A stretch of 63,127 nt of DNA, counting the filler, from an uncultured bacterium (lineage in GTDB: Bacteria; CAYJRR01): assembly GCA_964372275.1 (NCBI GenBank). It is 5 parts of 5 records of this genome, joined end to end, with 100 filler letters (N's around TTAATTAATTAA, not from the genome) between each part and the next. Parts side by side here need not be neighbours in the genome. Positions count along the whole stretch, not along the records: positions 27,409 to 40,754 come from CAYJRR010000125.1; positions 40,855 to 54,098 come from CAYJRR010000126.1; 3 more parts are not named here. One strand, written 5' to 3'. Positions 34,168 to 46,522 of the stretch are shown here, piece by piece; the first letter of the stretch is position 1, and the number at the start of each line of letters is the position of its first letter. A program made the translations under genes and the position numbers. The notes beneath the pieces were generated by a model that had not been told where the DNA came from, searched no databases, and worked only from the letters and a program-made list of their open reading frames with translations.

Positions 34168-35580
34168 ATGCCGTCCGCCGCTCCGCCCCCCGCCCGCATC
34201 GTCGTCGTCGACGACGAAGAGTCGATGCGGCACATGCTCCAGAGTGTCCTCGGCCGCGAGGGGTATGCGGTCGCCTGCGCCGCCGATGCCGAATCGGCGC
34301 TGAAGCTGCTCTCGGAGGAGCCGGCCGACGTGGTGATCACCGACGTGCGGATGCCGGGACCGATCGACGGGCTGGGGCTCATCGAACGGATGAAGGCCGA
34401 GAAGCTCGACGGCGCCGTGATCGCGATGAGCGCCTACGGCACCCGGGACCTCGCGCTCGACGCCGTGCGCCGCGGCGCCTACCACTACGTCAACAAGCCG
34501 TTCACCGCCGATGACGTGCTCCTGGCGGTGGCGATGGCGGTCGAGCGGGAACGCCTGCGGCGCGAGAACCTGCTCCTCAAGAAGGCGATGCACGTCGAGT
34601 CGTCGCCCGACCGGATGATCGGGCGCGCGGCCTCGATGCAGGCGGTCTACGCCATGATCCGCAAGGTCGCCGAGTTCAAGAGCACGGTTCTCATCACCGG
34701 CGAGAGCGGGACCGGAAAGGAACTGGTCGCGCGCGCGATCCACGTCGCCAGTCCCCGCGCGTCGAAGCCGTTCATCCCCGTCAACTGCGGCGCCATCCCC
34801 GAGGCGTTGATCGAGAGCGAGCTGTTCGGACACGCCAAAGGGGCCTTCACCGGCGCACACGCGATGAAGAAGGGCCTGGCGGAGGAGGCCGGGAGCGGGA
34901 CGCTCTTCCTGGACGAGATCGGCGAGCTCCCCGGTGCGATGCAGGTGAAGCTGCTCCGCTTCCTCCAGGAGGAGGAGATCCGGCGCGTGGGGGAGACCAA
35001 GCCGCTCAAGGTCGACTGCCGCGTCGTCGCCGCCACCTCCCGCGATTTGCAGGCGGAGGTGAAGGCCGGGCGTTTCCGGGAGGATCTCTTCTTCCGCCTC
35101 AACGTCCTGCCGATCCACCTTCCTCCGCTCCGCGAGCGGGCCGAGGACATCCCGTCGCTCGTCGAACACTTCCTCCGGACCTTCTCCTCGCGGATGTCGA
35201 GTCCCGTCACCGCCATCTCCCCCGAGACGATGAAAGCCCTCACCGAATACCGGTGGCCGGGCAACGTGCGCGAGCTGGAGAACACGATCGAGCGCGCGGT
35301 GGTGATGGCGTCCGGGAGCACGCTCGAGCTCGGCGACCTCCCCGACAAGCTCCGCAAGCCGGCCACCCCCGAGCCGGCCGCGGCGGACGCACCGAAGGAC
35401 CGGCTGCTGGACCTTGTCGGTGGAACGCTGTCGATCAAGCGGGCGAGCGAATGGCTGGAGCGTGAGTTGATCCGGCGCGCCCTCGAGAAGACCGGCGGCA
35501 ATCGCGTGCAGGCGGCCGATCTGCTCGAGATCTCCGCCCGCGCCCTCCAGTACAAGATCCGCGATTACAAGTTGGAGTAG
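34168..35580 (+). CDS. NtrC/PilR-family sigma54-dependent response regulator
   Basis: Receiver DDE/TDVRMP, GESGTGKE, GAFTGA, FLDEIGE, WPGNVRELEN, Fis HTH. Confidence 0.92.
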   Translation: MPSAAPPPARIVVVDDEESMRHMLQSVLGREGYAVACAADAESALKLLSEEPADVVITDVRMPGPIDGLGLIERMKAEKLDGAVIAMSAYGTRDLALDAVRRGAYHYVNKPFTADDVLLAVAMAVERERLRRENLLLKKAMHVESSPDRMIGRAASMQAVYAMIRKVAEFKSTVLITGESGTGKELVARAIHVASPRASKPFIPVNCGAIPEALIESELFGHAKGAFTGAHAMKKGLAEEAGSGTLFLDEIGELPGAMQVKLLRFLQEEEIRRVGETKPLKVDCRVVAATSRDLQAEVKAGRFREDLFFRLNVLPIHLPPLRERAEDIPSLVEHFLRTFSSRMSSPVTAISPETMKALTEYRWPGNVRELENTIERAVVMASGSTLELGDLPDKLRKPATPEPAAADAPKDRLLDLVGGTLSIKRASEWLERELIRRALEKTGGNRVQAADLLEISARALQYKIRDYKLE

Positions 35581-35649
35581 TGAACGACTGCGGGCGCACC
35601 GCCGCCGTGCGGCGCCGGCGCGCGCCGCGTGTGTGACGCCGATCGCGGT

Positions 35650-35776
35650 CCCGGAAAAGTTTTCCGGGCCGGAACTTTTTTCCGACGCGACGCGCGCGGC
35701 CGCTCGGGCCCGCGGTGTCGCAACTTCTCGCGGCGCAGGCATTTTCGGGCGCGGGCGCACGGGCACGTCGATTGCT
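35650..35776 (+). promoter_or_regulatory. sigma54 promoter with upstream enhancer palindromes for the pilin operon
   Basis: GGGCACGTCGATTGCT at 35761-35776; palindromes CCCGGAAAA-G-TTTTCCGGG (35650-35668) and CGGAA-N5-TTCCG (35670-35684). Confidence 0.75.
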
Positions 35777-35789
35777 CCCGGAGGCAGGC

Positions 35790-36485
35790 ATGGGGAGGGT
35801 CGATCGGTCGAACGGCTTCACGCTGATCGAGCTGATCATCGTCGTCGCGATCGTCTCGGTCCTGGCGGTGCTCGCCGTGGGCAACGCGGTGAACAGCCAG
35901 CCGCGCTACCGGATCCTGGCCCGTCTCCGCGACCTGCGGTTCGAGCTCCTCGACGCCCGCGCCGCGGCGGTCCGGAAGAACAAGCTGCGGAAGGTCTGCT
36001 TCTTCGCCGACAACAGCTCGACCGACCGTACCCCGAAGGGGAAGATCTACAACTTCGAGTGCGGGACGGCCGGTGATGCCTGCGAGAACGGCCGCATCTG
36101 CACCGGCGGAAACGCCGACAACCCCACGATCACCGCCAACACCTACGTCACGGGGGCGTGCACCGACGCCACCAAGTGGTGCCTGCTGGAGACGATCGAC
36201 TACGGCGCCGGCGACTTGGACGACGAGCACATCAGCATCAACCGGTTCGTGAAGTCGGACGGGACGGTCGACGCCCTGCAGACCTGGTTGGAGGTGACCT
36301 ACAGCTCCTCCGGATTCATCAGCACCGGCCGGACCACCAACGGCTACACCACGGCGTCGGTGGAGCTGACCAACTACGACCAGTGTCTTCCGGGCCTGCA
36401 GGGCAGCACCTTCACCTGCACCAGCTTCGTGAGCCGGCCGCGCGTCGCCTACCTCGCCGGCGGCTCCGTACGGGTGGTCGAATGA
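35790..36485 (+). CDS. Type IV minor pilin FimT/FimU-like
   Basis: Prepilin motif NG-FTLIELIIVVAI; ARAAAV. Confidence 0.82.
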   Translation: MGRVDRSNGFTLIELIIVVAIVSVLAVLAVGNAVNSQPRYRILARLRDLRFELLDARAAAVRKNKLRKVCFFADNSSTDRTPKGKIYNFECGTAGDACENGRICTGGNADNPTITANTYVTGACTDATKWCLLETIDYGAGDLDDEHISINRFVKSDGTVDALQTWLEVTYSSSGFISTGRTTNGYTTASVELTNYDQCLPGLQGSTFTCTSFVSRPRVAYLAGGSVRVVE

Positions 36486-36988
36486 GACGGACGGCGGACG
36501 CGAAGGGGTTCACGCTGATCGAGGTCCTGGTCGCCATGCTCGTCTTCTCCATCGGCGCGCTCGGGATCCTGGGGATGGTTACCACGTCGCTCAAGCTCAA
36601 CACCAACGCGCGGCAGATCGGCGAGGCCTCGCGGCTCGGGATCTTCAAGCTCGACCAGTTGCAGACGTCGAACCCGCAGTCGTCCGACCTGACCTCCTGC
36701 GGAACGCGCTGCTGGTCCTCGGGTCTCGGCGGGCGGGCCACGACCGCCGCCACGGTCCGGCCATCCGACCTGCTGTCGGGCGGCACAGGCTCGAACGCGC
36801 GCTTCCAGCTCACCTGGAACTCGCGGATGAGCGGCGAGCTCCGCTACATCGGCGTCACCGTCTATTGGCCGAAGGAGCGCGACAAGATCGGTCTCGACGT
36901 GGGCGATACGGGGTTCATCGACTGCACCGTCGCCGCGAACGACCACCTCTGCTACCGCGTGCAGTTCCACACCTACCGGAGGGTCTGA
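36482..36988 (+). CDS. pilV: Type IV minor pilin PilV-like
   Basis: KG-FTLIEVLVAMLVFSIGALG; ATGA overlap. Confidence 0.82.
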   Translation: MRRTADAKGFTLIEVLVAMLVFSIGALGILGMVTTSLKLNTNARQIGEASRLGIFKLDQLQTSNPQSSDLTSCGTRCWSSGLGGRATTAATVRPSDLLSGGTGSNARFQLTWNSRMSGELRYIGVTVYWPKERDKIGLDVGDTGFIDCTVAANDHLCYRVQFHTYRRV

Positions 36989-38379
36989 TGAAGGTCCGGG
37001 CCGAGCGCGGCGTCACGCTGATCGAGCTGGTGATCGTCCTCGGCATCTCGCTGGGGGCGGCGGCCGCGGCCTTCACCCTCTTCCAGGGCCAGTCGCGCGC
37101 GATGCGCGCCGCGCAGGCGTCGAGCGACATCCAGGACAACGCCCGCGTGGCGATGGAGATGCTGACCCGCGACATCCGCGGGGTCGGTTTCCTGGTCAAC
37201 CCGAAGAGCTCGCTCAGGATCGAGGACAACTGCGGGCGCGCCGACAACGACGTGCAGCTGTCGGCCGAGAACACCGTCACTTACCAGGGAGGGGCCAACG
37301 TCCAAGACGCGGGGAACTACGTCAAGACGACCGAAGCCGACGGCTGCCCCAACGGCTCCGACCGTCTGCTGGTGATCGCGCGGCCGTCGAGCGACGTCGC
37401 CTCGGCCTGCAACAACGTCGGGCAGTGCCGGAACAACGAAGGGGTCGGCAACAACTACGACATCCCCTGCGACAACGACATCGAGGGGAACGCCTCGGTG
37501 GCGACCGAAGCCGAGTGCGAACAGACGGCGGAGCGGATGTCGAGCGGCATCACCGTCCATTGCTCCGGCCCGATCAGTCCTCCGGTGCTCACCAGCGTCT
37601 GCGGTTCCGACGACGCCAACAGCTGCCTGACGATCGAGATCGACAACCTCGACTGCTACGCCAACTGCGGCAGCGGCGGTGGCAACGACAAGTGCGTCAA
37701 CATCTCGTTCCAGCAGCCGGGCGACAACAGCTTCGCCGGCAGCGAGTGGGACGTCCTGGGGACCAAGTCGAACGACGGCATCAGCTTCGCCGGGATCATC
37801 TTCCGCGCCTATCAGCTGATCGATCTCGACTCCGACGGATCGACGGAGCTCGCCTACTCCGACATCGCCCCGACGGCGCTCCTGTTCGATCTGGCCTCCG
37901 ACCCGGTCTCCGGGCAGTGGAACCCGATCGCCAACTACATCGACGACTTCCAGGTGGCGTGGTCGAAGAAGTCGGCGCCGACCACCTTCTTCAACTCGAC
38001 CAACATGCTCAACTTCGCCACCTGCGTCACGGGCGCCAGCGTCGGCTGCCTCAAGGACATGTCGAACGATCCGCCGGCGGCGCTGCGGGTGACGATCGTC
38101 GCGCGCAGCGCGCGCCGCGACTTCTCCCAGACCGGGCAGGTGATGAACTACACCCGGCCGGCGATCGAGAACAACAGTCCCGCGGTGCAGACCTACGATC
38201 CGTCGGCGGCGGTGACGGTCGGCGCCGCGAACTGCTACAGCGGCGCGACGTGCGGCTGCGGCGCGGCCGGCAAGACCGACTACGCCACCTGCAGCGGCAA
38301 CGGGAACTCGCAGGGGTACGTGCGCCGGATCGTGACCCAGGTGATCGGCCTGCGGAACCTCGCCGGCTACTCGTTCTAG
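36988..38379 (+). CDS. pilW: Large Cys-rich PilW-like minor pilin
   Basis: RG-VTLIEL, QDNARVAMEML.RDIR..G, IDDFQV, VIGLRN; TGATG coupling. Confidence 0.8.
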   Translation: MKVRAERGVTLIELVIVLGISLGAAAAAFTLFQGQSRAMRAAQASSDIQDNARVAMEMLTRDIRGVGFLVNPKSSLRIEDNCGRADNDVQLSAENTVTYQGGANVQDAGNYVKTTEADGCPNGSDRLLVIARPSSDVASACNNVGQCRNNEGVGNNYDIPCDNDIEGNASVATEAECEQTAERMSSGITVHCSGPISPPVLTSVCGSDDANSCLTIEIDNLDCYANCGSGGGNDKCVNISFQQPGDNSFAGSEWDVLGTKSNDGISFAGIIFRAYQLIDLDSDGSTELAYSDIAPTALLFDLASDPVSGQWNPIANYIDDFQVAWSKKSAPTTFFNSTNMLNFATCVTGASVGCLKDMSNDPPAALRVTIVARSARRDFSQTGQVMNYTRPAIENNSPAVQTYDPSAAVTVGAANCYSGATCGCGAAGKTDYATCSGNGNSQGYVRRIVTQVIGLRNLAGYSF

Positions 38380-38387
38380 GAGGGGAG

Positions 38388-38920
38388 ATGCGCCGCGCGT
38401 GCGAGCGAGGGAGCGTCATGGTGATCACGCTGCTGGTGCTGGCGGCGCTCACCGTGCTCGGGATCTCCACCATCTACCTCACCGGGTTCGACGGCGAGAT
38501 CGCCCTCAACATGCGAGCCGGCGACCAGGCGCTCTACATCGCCGAGGCGGGGGTGAACTGGGGGATTTCGAAAGGGGAGGCGGACGATTCGCTCATCTTG
38601 AACGGCTACTCCACCTCCGGGTATGGCGGCGGGAACACCGACGTGCGGCTGAACGACGGAACCTCGGACCTGACCTTCGCCGGCGGCCAGGCCGCGACCG
38701 TCGCGGTGAAGATCCAGGCCAGCCGCGACACCAACGGCAGCTCGGTCCATTGCGGCATTCCCGGCTTCTCCGACCGGTTCGGTTCCTACCGCTTCCGCGT
38801 CGACTCCAAGGGGAACGGCCCCAGCGGCGCGATCCGGGAGGTGGAGGCGCACATCCTGTTGCCGCCGCGTGATGGGCTGTGCCCCGCGGGGAAACGAGTC
38901 ACGGGCGGCTACGTCGGCGG

Positions 38921-38924
<4 letters not shown>
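38388..38924 (+). CDS. pilX: PilX-like minor pilin
   Basis: ERG-SVMVITLLVL lacking Glu5, QALYIAEAG. Confidence 0.8.
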
Positions 38925-40754
<1,830 letters not shown>

Positions 40755-40854
40755 NNNNNNNNNNNNNNNNNNNNNNNNNNNNNNNNNNNNNNNNNNNNTT
40801 AATTAATTAANNNNNNNNNNNNNNNNNNNNNNNNNNNNNNNNNNNNNNNNNNNN
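40755..40854. other. Artificial contig linker
   Basis: N-TTAATTAATTAA-N. Confidence 0.98.
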
Positions 40855-41357
40855 TGGTGGAACAGCTCGTCGAGCGCCGCCGGCTTGCGCGCCGGCCCCT
40901 TCGCGACCGACGGCTCCGCCAGCGGCGAAAGGATGAGGACGTCGGAGTCTTCTCGCGCGCCCGCCGCCACAGGCGCGCCGGCCCCCGCACCCGCCGTAGC
41001 GGCCGACGGCGGTTCGGCCGCCGGCGGTGCGGGCGCCGACGCACCGTTCGCCGGCAGCAGTCGCGCCTGCACCGTCGCTTCCCTCCCCGGAGCGGTGTCG
41101 ACCTTCACCTGGATCTCCACTTCTCCGTTCGCGGCGCGGTAGCGGAAGCTCGCCGGCCGTTCTTCGCTGCGCGCGCGGAAGTCGGGCGGCAGCACCTCCG
41201 CCAGCATGGTGAGGATCGCGTCGCTGGACGGGACGATCTCGTTCAGCTTCTGCACGCCGCTCCGGCCGGCGATCTCGACCGGCATCCCCGAGCGGAAGGA
41301 GATCGACTGCGCGTTCGTGCGGCGCAACGCCTCGAGGTAGCGGTCGAGGATCGGCAT
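40855..41357 (-). CDS. N-terminal fragment of a probable PilT/PilU-family ATPase
   Basis: LDRYLEALRRTNAQSISFRSGMP resembles a PilT N-domain; Ala/Pro linker, then LDELFH begins a second domain. Confidence 0.5.
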
Positions 41358-41358
41358 C

Positions 41359-43125
41359 TCACTCTTCTCCCAGGAGGATCGTCCCGTCCGACTCCAGGAA
41401 CGCCTCCATCTGCCGGCGCATCGGCTCGAGGCTCCAGTAGAGGTCGTGCGCCTTCACGTTCCCGGCGAGGTCCGGGTGATCGTCCTTGTCCCACACCCAC
41501 ATCCCGCCGCGCGCGGTGAACGGATCGGCCGCCGACTCGAGCACCGGCAGGTCGTAGGCGGTCCGCATGTCGTCGGTCGAGACGTTGAGCACGATGGCGT
41601 CCCCCACCGCCTCCTGGATCAGCACCTTTCGGCTCTCGGGCGCATAGCGGGCGCAGGCCCCCGGATCGGCCGGGTCGATCCCCCACTGCGCCATCGGGCG
41701 GAAGGCGGCGACGTAGGCCGGCCAGCGCGGATGGTCGACCGACAGGCCGACCTTCGAGGCGAACAGGAGGAGGAACAGCTCCCCCGTCTCGCCGTCGAAC
41801 AGCGAGGTCAGCCGTCCGCCGGCGACCGTGAGTCCGACGGCGTCGAGGCGCGAGCTCGCCGCCGAGACCGGGCTCCCCAGGAGTCCGCCGAACGAGTTCC
41901 CGAAGTACGAGATCCGCCCGACGTCGAGTAGATCGAACGGTTCGATCCCCGCGTCGTGCGCGTTGCGCAGCATCCGCTCCATCTCCAGGATCTCCGCCGC
42001 CGACTGGCGGAACCCGTCGCGCACCTTGAGGAGCCGCGTGAAGTCGAAGAAGTCGAGCAGGTCTCCCCGGAAGCCGTGTTCCGGCGCCGTCAGTCCGACG
42101 GTGGCGATCCCCGACGAAGCGAAGGAGTAGGCGCGCTGCAACGCCTCGACGCCGTGGCCGGCGAACCCGTGGCCGACGATCGCCACCGGCCATCCCTGCT
42201 CCGGCGCCGTCCCCTCGGGGATGGCGAGCCGGAAGTCGACCGTGGTCATCGCCGGCGTTCCGGTTCCGTGGACGAGCGCGGTGTCGAACGTACGGTCGGC
42301 TCCGCGGAAGTCGTACGCCTGCCACGTCCCCTGCGCCACGAGGGCGATGTCGGCCGGATTCGCATTTTCGGCCTGGAAAATGGTGTCGAAGGTCGGGTTG
42401 TCCTCCGGGTAGATGCCGACGGTGAACCCGGGGATTTCCGGCGCCGGCGCGTAGCTCGGGAGGAGCGCGCTGCCCAGCGTACCGTCGATGCGCGCCTGGA
42501 TCGCCCACAGGTCGTCGACGACCGACTGGGTGGTGAAGGCGAGCACGAGGTCGAGCTCGTCGGCGTCGCGCGCCGCGCCGAAACCGACCGCCTCCGCCGC
42601 GAGCGGGGCGAGCTCGCCGCCGACCGCCGCCGTGAAATCGGCGGACGGGTGGAGGCGCGCGTCGGCGATCGCCAGCAGGTGCCGCCTGTTCTGCACCAGC
42701 GGGCGGTCCGGCGTCACCAGCAGGCTGTCCAGGTGCGCGTCGTACGACAGCCGAACCGCCACCTCCGTTCCCTCCGCGTCGTAGAGGTGGACGCCGCGCA
42801 GTCCGCGCGCGTCGACCCTTCCCGACAACGGCACCACGACCGGCGCGTAGACCGAGTAACCGCCGACGGTGGCGATCGTCGCTTGCGCGGTGTCGAGGAA
42901 CGCCCGTGCCTCCGCGAACTCTTCGGTGTCGGGGAAGCGTCCCGAGAAGTAGCCCGGCGGCGCCGCCGCGATCCCACCGGCGCGCAACCGGTCGGACGGC
43001 CAGGGATTGTCCGGCGAGCCGGCATCCGCCGACCAGCGGACGGTCGCCTCCCGTGGGGAGGACGACCCGTCGCACGCCGCGAGGAGCAGCGCGGCAAGGG
43101 CCGGCAGGAGGCGATGGTACGGCAT
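41359..43125 (-). CDS. Alpha/beta-hydrolase lipoprotein (lipase-like)
   Basis: Lipobox LAAC, NPWPSD, GHGF, PEHG.R, YFGNSFGG nucleophile elbow. Confidence 0.7.
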   Translation of the reverse strand: MPYHRLLPALAALLLAACDGSSSPREATVRWSADAGSPDNPWPSDRLRAGGIAAAPPGYFSGRFPDTEEFAEARAFLDTAQATIATVGGYSVYAPVVVPLSGRVDARGLRGVHLYDAEGTEVAVRLSYDAHLDSLLVTPDRPLVQNRRHLLAIADARLHPSADFTAAVGGELAPLAAEAVGFGAARDADELDLVLAFTTQSVVDDLWAIQARIDGTLGSALLPSYAPAPEIPGFTVGIYPEDNPTFDTIFQAENANPADIALVAQGTWQAYDFRGADRTFDTALVHGTGTPAMTTVDFRLAIPEGTAPEQGWPVAIVGHGFAGHGVEALQRAYSFASSGIATVGLTAPEHGFRGDLLDFFDFTRLLKVRDGFRQSAAEILEMERMLRNAHDAGIEPFDLLDVGRISYFGNSFGGLLGSPVSAASSRLDAVGLTVAGGRLTSLFDGETGELFLLLFASKVGLSVDHPRWPAYVAAFRPMAQWGIDPADPGACARYAPESRKVLIQEAVGDAIVLNVSTDDMRTAYDLPVLESAADPFTARGGMWVWDKDDHPDLAGNVKAHDLYWSLEPMRRQMEAFLESDGTILLGEE

Positions 43126-43152
43126 CGCCGGCGTAGTCTACCGGATGCGCCC

Positions 43153-44898
43153 TTACGTCGCGCGAAGAACCCGCCCGAAGCCTCGCTCCCTCCCCAGCTC
43201 CGTCGCCGGCTCCCCGTCACGGAACGCCACGCGCCCGTGGATCAGCACCGCGCGCACCGCCCGGTTCCGGCGCACCAGCCGCCTCAACCCGCCGAACCCC
43301 GGCATCTCCGCCTCGTGTGCGACCTCCAACTCCGCGGTCAACCCCGCCGGATCGACCACCACCACGTCGGCGCGCCGCCCTTCGGCCAGGCGCCCGGTGT
43401 CCAGTCCGAGCCAGTCGGCGATCTCGCTCGTCAGCCGTTGCACCGCCCGGCCGACCGTCATGAAGCTCCGTGTCGAGTAGGGCTGGTCGTTCACCATCCG
43501 CAGCAGGCGCAGCGGGAAGTCGTAGTGGGCCATGTTCCGCAGGTGGGCGCCGGCGTCGGAAAATCCGATCAGCACGTCGGGACGCGACACGATCCAGCGC
43601 AGCACCTCCGGCCGGTCGTTGGCCATCACCGTGTACCAGCGGATCCCGTTCCCGTGGCGCGCCACCAGGTCGAGGAACAGGTCGACCGGGTCGAGACCGC
43701 GTTCGGCCGCGATCGCGCCGAACGTCTTCCCCACGATCCCCGGCTCGCCCGGACATTCGAGGACCTCGCACAGGGCGAGCTCCCGGTGGAAGGCGCGCGG
43801 AAGGAGCCGGTTCGTCCACTCCCGCCGGAACCAGGCCCGGTAGTCCGGATCGGCGAGCAGCCGACCCCGCGCCGCGGCGTCCTGGAGATGCAGCGCCGCC
43901 GTCCCGGCGCCGAACTCCTCGAACACCACCAGATCGATCCCGTCGGCCCAGAGGTCGAACACCTCCGGCAGCGCCTGCACCCGGAAGTCGGCGTCGAGGA
44001 ACCGGTTGAAGAAGCGGATCAGGCGGCCGAACAGCGGCACGGCGATCCGGTCGGCGCGGATGTCCATCAGCGAGATGACGGTCGTCTTCAGCGGCCTGCG
44101 GACGATCCCCACGCTTTCGAGCAGGAACAGGATGGCGTTGATCCGGGTGCTGATGTTCGGCACCCCCTGCAGCACGCGCCCGCGCTCGCGCAGCACGCGA
44201 TTGAAACGGCGGTACTCGCTCCACCGCGCGAAGACCGACGGGAGCGGGCGGCTGCGGAACTCCTCGCCGTCCATCTTGTCCCAGGGGAGGGTCTGGATCG
44301 ACAGGCCGAGGTAGCCGGCGTCGAGCGCCTCCGACACCAGCCGATCCATCGTCGCCAGCTCGGCGGAGGTCGGGACGATCCCCTTCGAGAGGCTCCGTCC
44401 GATCCCCATCGCCTCCATCCGCACGGTGGAGTGCCCCATGAAGGAGGCGACCGACGGGCCGAGCGGCAACGCGTCCAGGTGCTCGAGGTAGCTCGCCGGA
44501 CCGTTCCAGGTCATCCGCTCGCGCAGCAGCGGCAGCACCACCGATCGCGGGATCGCCTCCACGCGGCAGAACATGTCGGCGAGGTTCGTCGGATCGCCGA
44601 CCGAAAGGCTCAACGAGCAGCTCCCCAGCACCACCGTGGTCACGCCGTGACGCACCGACTCGGAAAGGCCCGGCGTCAGCTCCACCTCCGCGTCGTAGTG
44701 GGTGTGCAGGTCGATGAACCCGGGCATTACCCACGCGCCGCGCGCGTCGACGATCTCGCTTCCGGGCGCTGGCTCGATCCGTGGCGCCATCCGGCGCACC
44801 CGGCCGTCCGCCACCTCGACGTCGAGCGGAACCCCCTCGCCGCCCCCCCCGTCGAAGACGAGGCCGTCGCGAATCAGGATCGGAGGGGCCGCGCGCAT
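43153..44898 (-). CDS. N-acyl-D-amino-acid deacylase family amidohydrolase
   Basis: PGFIDLHTHYD, HGVTTVVLGSC, SDAGAH. Confidence 0.85.
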   Translation of the reverse strand: MRAAPPILIRDGLVFDGGGGEGVPLDVEVADGRVRRMAPRIEPAPGSEIVDARGAWVMPGFIDLHTHYDAEVELTPGLSESVRHGVTTVVLGSCSLSLSVGDPTNLADMFCRVEAIPRSVVLPLLRERMTWNGPASYLEHLDALPLGPSVASFMGHSTVRMEAMGIGRSLSKGIVPTSAELATMDRLVSEALDAGYLGLSIQTLPWDKMDGEEFRSRPLPSVFARWSEYRRFNRVLRERGRVLQGVPNISTRINAILFLLESVGIVRRPLKTTVISLMDIRADRIAVPLFGRLIRFFNRFLDADFRVQALPEVFDLWADGIDLVVFEEFGAGTAALHLQDAAARGRLLADPDYRAWFRREWTNRLLPRAFHRELALCEVLECPGEPGIVGKTFGAIAAERGLDPVDLFLDLVARHGNGIRWYTVMANDRPEVLRWIVSRPDVLIGFSDAGAHLRNMAHYDFPLRLLRMVNDQPYSTRSFMTVGRAVQRLTSEIADWLGLDTGRLAEGRRADVVVVDPAGLTAELEVAHEAEMPGFGGLRRLVRRNRAVRAVLIHGRVAFRDGEPATELGRERGFGRVLRAT

Positions 44899-44921
44899 CC
44901 CGGTGTCGTTCCGCTGCAATC

Positions 44922-45803
44922 CTAGACCGGGACGACCACGACGGGGCAGGGGGCCCGGTGGAGGACACCGTGCGCGACGGAGCCGATCAGCATCCGCTCC
45001 AGTCCGCGCCGCCCGTGCGTGCCGACGAGGAGCAGGTCGAAGCGGCCGTCGGTCGCGAGTCGCGCCAGCGCGCGGGCCGGCTTCCCCTGCGGGACGTGGA
45101 TCCGATCGGCGAGGGGCGGTCCGCCGTCCGACGCGAAGGCGGAGACGCGTTTCCGGAGCTCGCGCTCGATCGCCGTCGAAGCGGTCGCCGGCACGGTGTC
45201 GAATCCGACGGCCGGGAGCTCGTAGGCGTGCGCGATGTGCGCCTCGCAGGGGGCGAGCTCGCGCGCGAAGTCGGCGACTTGCCGCGAGCTCTCCTCGAGG
45301 TCGATCCCCACCAGCAGCCGGAGCGGCCTCCGTCCGTACGCCCAGTCGAGCAGACCCGACGCGTCGTGTCGGGCCACCAGGACCGGTACCGACGCCGATC
45401 GCACCACCCGGTCGGCGGTGCTGCCCAGGATCCAGCGCACGGGGGCCCGCAGCCCCTGCGAGCCGACCACCACCAACCACGCCTTCGCCGCCTGCGCCGC
45501 CTCCAGGACGACCGCCTCCGGCGTTCCGATCGACAGGCGGGGCTCGCAGCGGGCGCCGGTCCGCGCGGCGATCCGCTCCGCCTCGGCGGCGAGACGCCGG
45601 TCGACTTCGCGCTTCAGCTCGTCCTGGGTCGCCGGGACCGGCGGCGGAACGAAGATCGACTCCCCCGCGACGTAGGCCAGAGTCGGCAGCTCCAGCGCGT
45701 GCGCCAGGACGACCGACTCGCCGCGCCGCGCCGCCACCGCCGCCGCGATCTCGGCCGCAATCCCCGCCTCCTGGCCGAAGTCGGTGCCGCAGACGACCGC
45801 CAT
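44922..45803 (-). CDS. Tandem-domain universal stress protein
   Basis: VVGSQG...LGSTADRVVR and VGTHGR...IGSVAHGVL. Confidence 0.9.
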   Translation of the reverse strand: MAVVCGTDFGQEAGIAAEIAAAVAARRGESVVLAHALELPTLAYVAGESIFVPPPVPATQDELKREVDRRLAAEAERIAARTGARCEPRLSIGTPEAVVLEAAQAAKAWLVVVGSQGLRAPVRWILGSTADRVVRSASVPVLVARHDASGLLDWAYGRRPLRLLVGIDLEESSRQVADFARELAPCEAHIAHAYELPAVGFDTVPATASTAIERELRKRVSAFASDGGPPLADRIHVPQGKPARALARLATDGRFDLLLVGTHGRRGLERMLIGSVAHGVLHRAPCPVVVVPV

Positions 45804-45900
45804 TCGGACGTTTTCTTAGGCCCGGCCCGGGCGAACGGGAGGCCTAGGCCCCCGTTGGACGCGCAAGGAATCCGGTCCATGGCGGGTTGCGTAGTCAACG

Positions 45901-46449
45901 GTGCGACGGTTGGGCACCGGACGGGAGCGAGGGGTGAAGATCGGACCGCTGACGATCGAACGGCCGGACGCACGAAGGCTTGCTCCCCCGCGTCAGGATG
46001 CCCCTCCGGAGGCGCCTGCCGCCGTTCCGCCGATTTGCGCCGCCGACCTCCAGCTTCGCTACGGCCTGGTCGAGCCGGCGAGGGGGGCCGGCGAGGAGGC
46101 GATCGCCGCGCGCCTCCTGCTCGAGGGTTGGGTTCGGCGCGACGTCCGGTCGTCGCCCGGCGGCGAGGTGGACCTCGATCCGGAGCCCGTCCGGCTGGCG
46201 TTGACCGCCCGTCTTCGCCACGACGATCCGCTGGTGCGGGCGGCCGAGCGATACATCGATCAGCGGGTGGCCCGCGGGATCGCCGACGTCGCCGCGCTGG
46301 GGGCGATGGCCGGACTGGGGCTGCTCCTGCTGTCGATGATCGACCTTCGTCCGGAGCCTCTTGCCGTCCCCTGGACGGCAGGAAAGGTTCTGGGATTCGC
46401 GGGACTGGGCCTCGGGTTAGGGGCCGCCCTTCGGGCCTCTCGCGCGTGA
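45901..46449 (+). CDS. Hypothetical membrane protein; start uncertain
   Basis: Two C-terminal hydrophobic helices; fills the gap between Usp and the kinase. Confidence 0.45.
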   Translation: MRRLGTGRERGVKIGPLTIERPDARRLAPPRQDAPPEAPAAVPPICAADLQLRYGLVEPARGAGEEAIAARLLLEGWVRRDVRSSPGGEVDLDPEPVRLALTARLRHDDPLVRAAERYIDQRVARGIADVAALGAMAGLGLLLLSMIDLRPEPLAVPWTAGKVLGFAGLGLGLGAALRASRA

Positions 46450-46522
46450 TCGCGCTCACAGGGGGGGCGGCCCCCCTCGGGCCGACCGGACCCCCTGGCA
46501 ACTGTCTAAAACCAATGGGATA

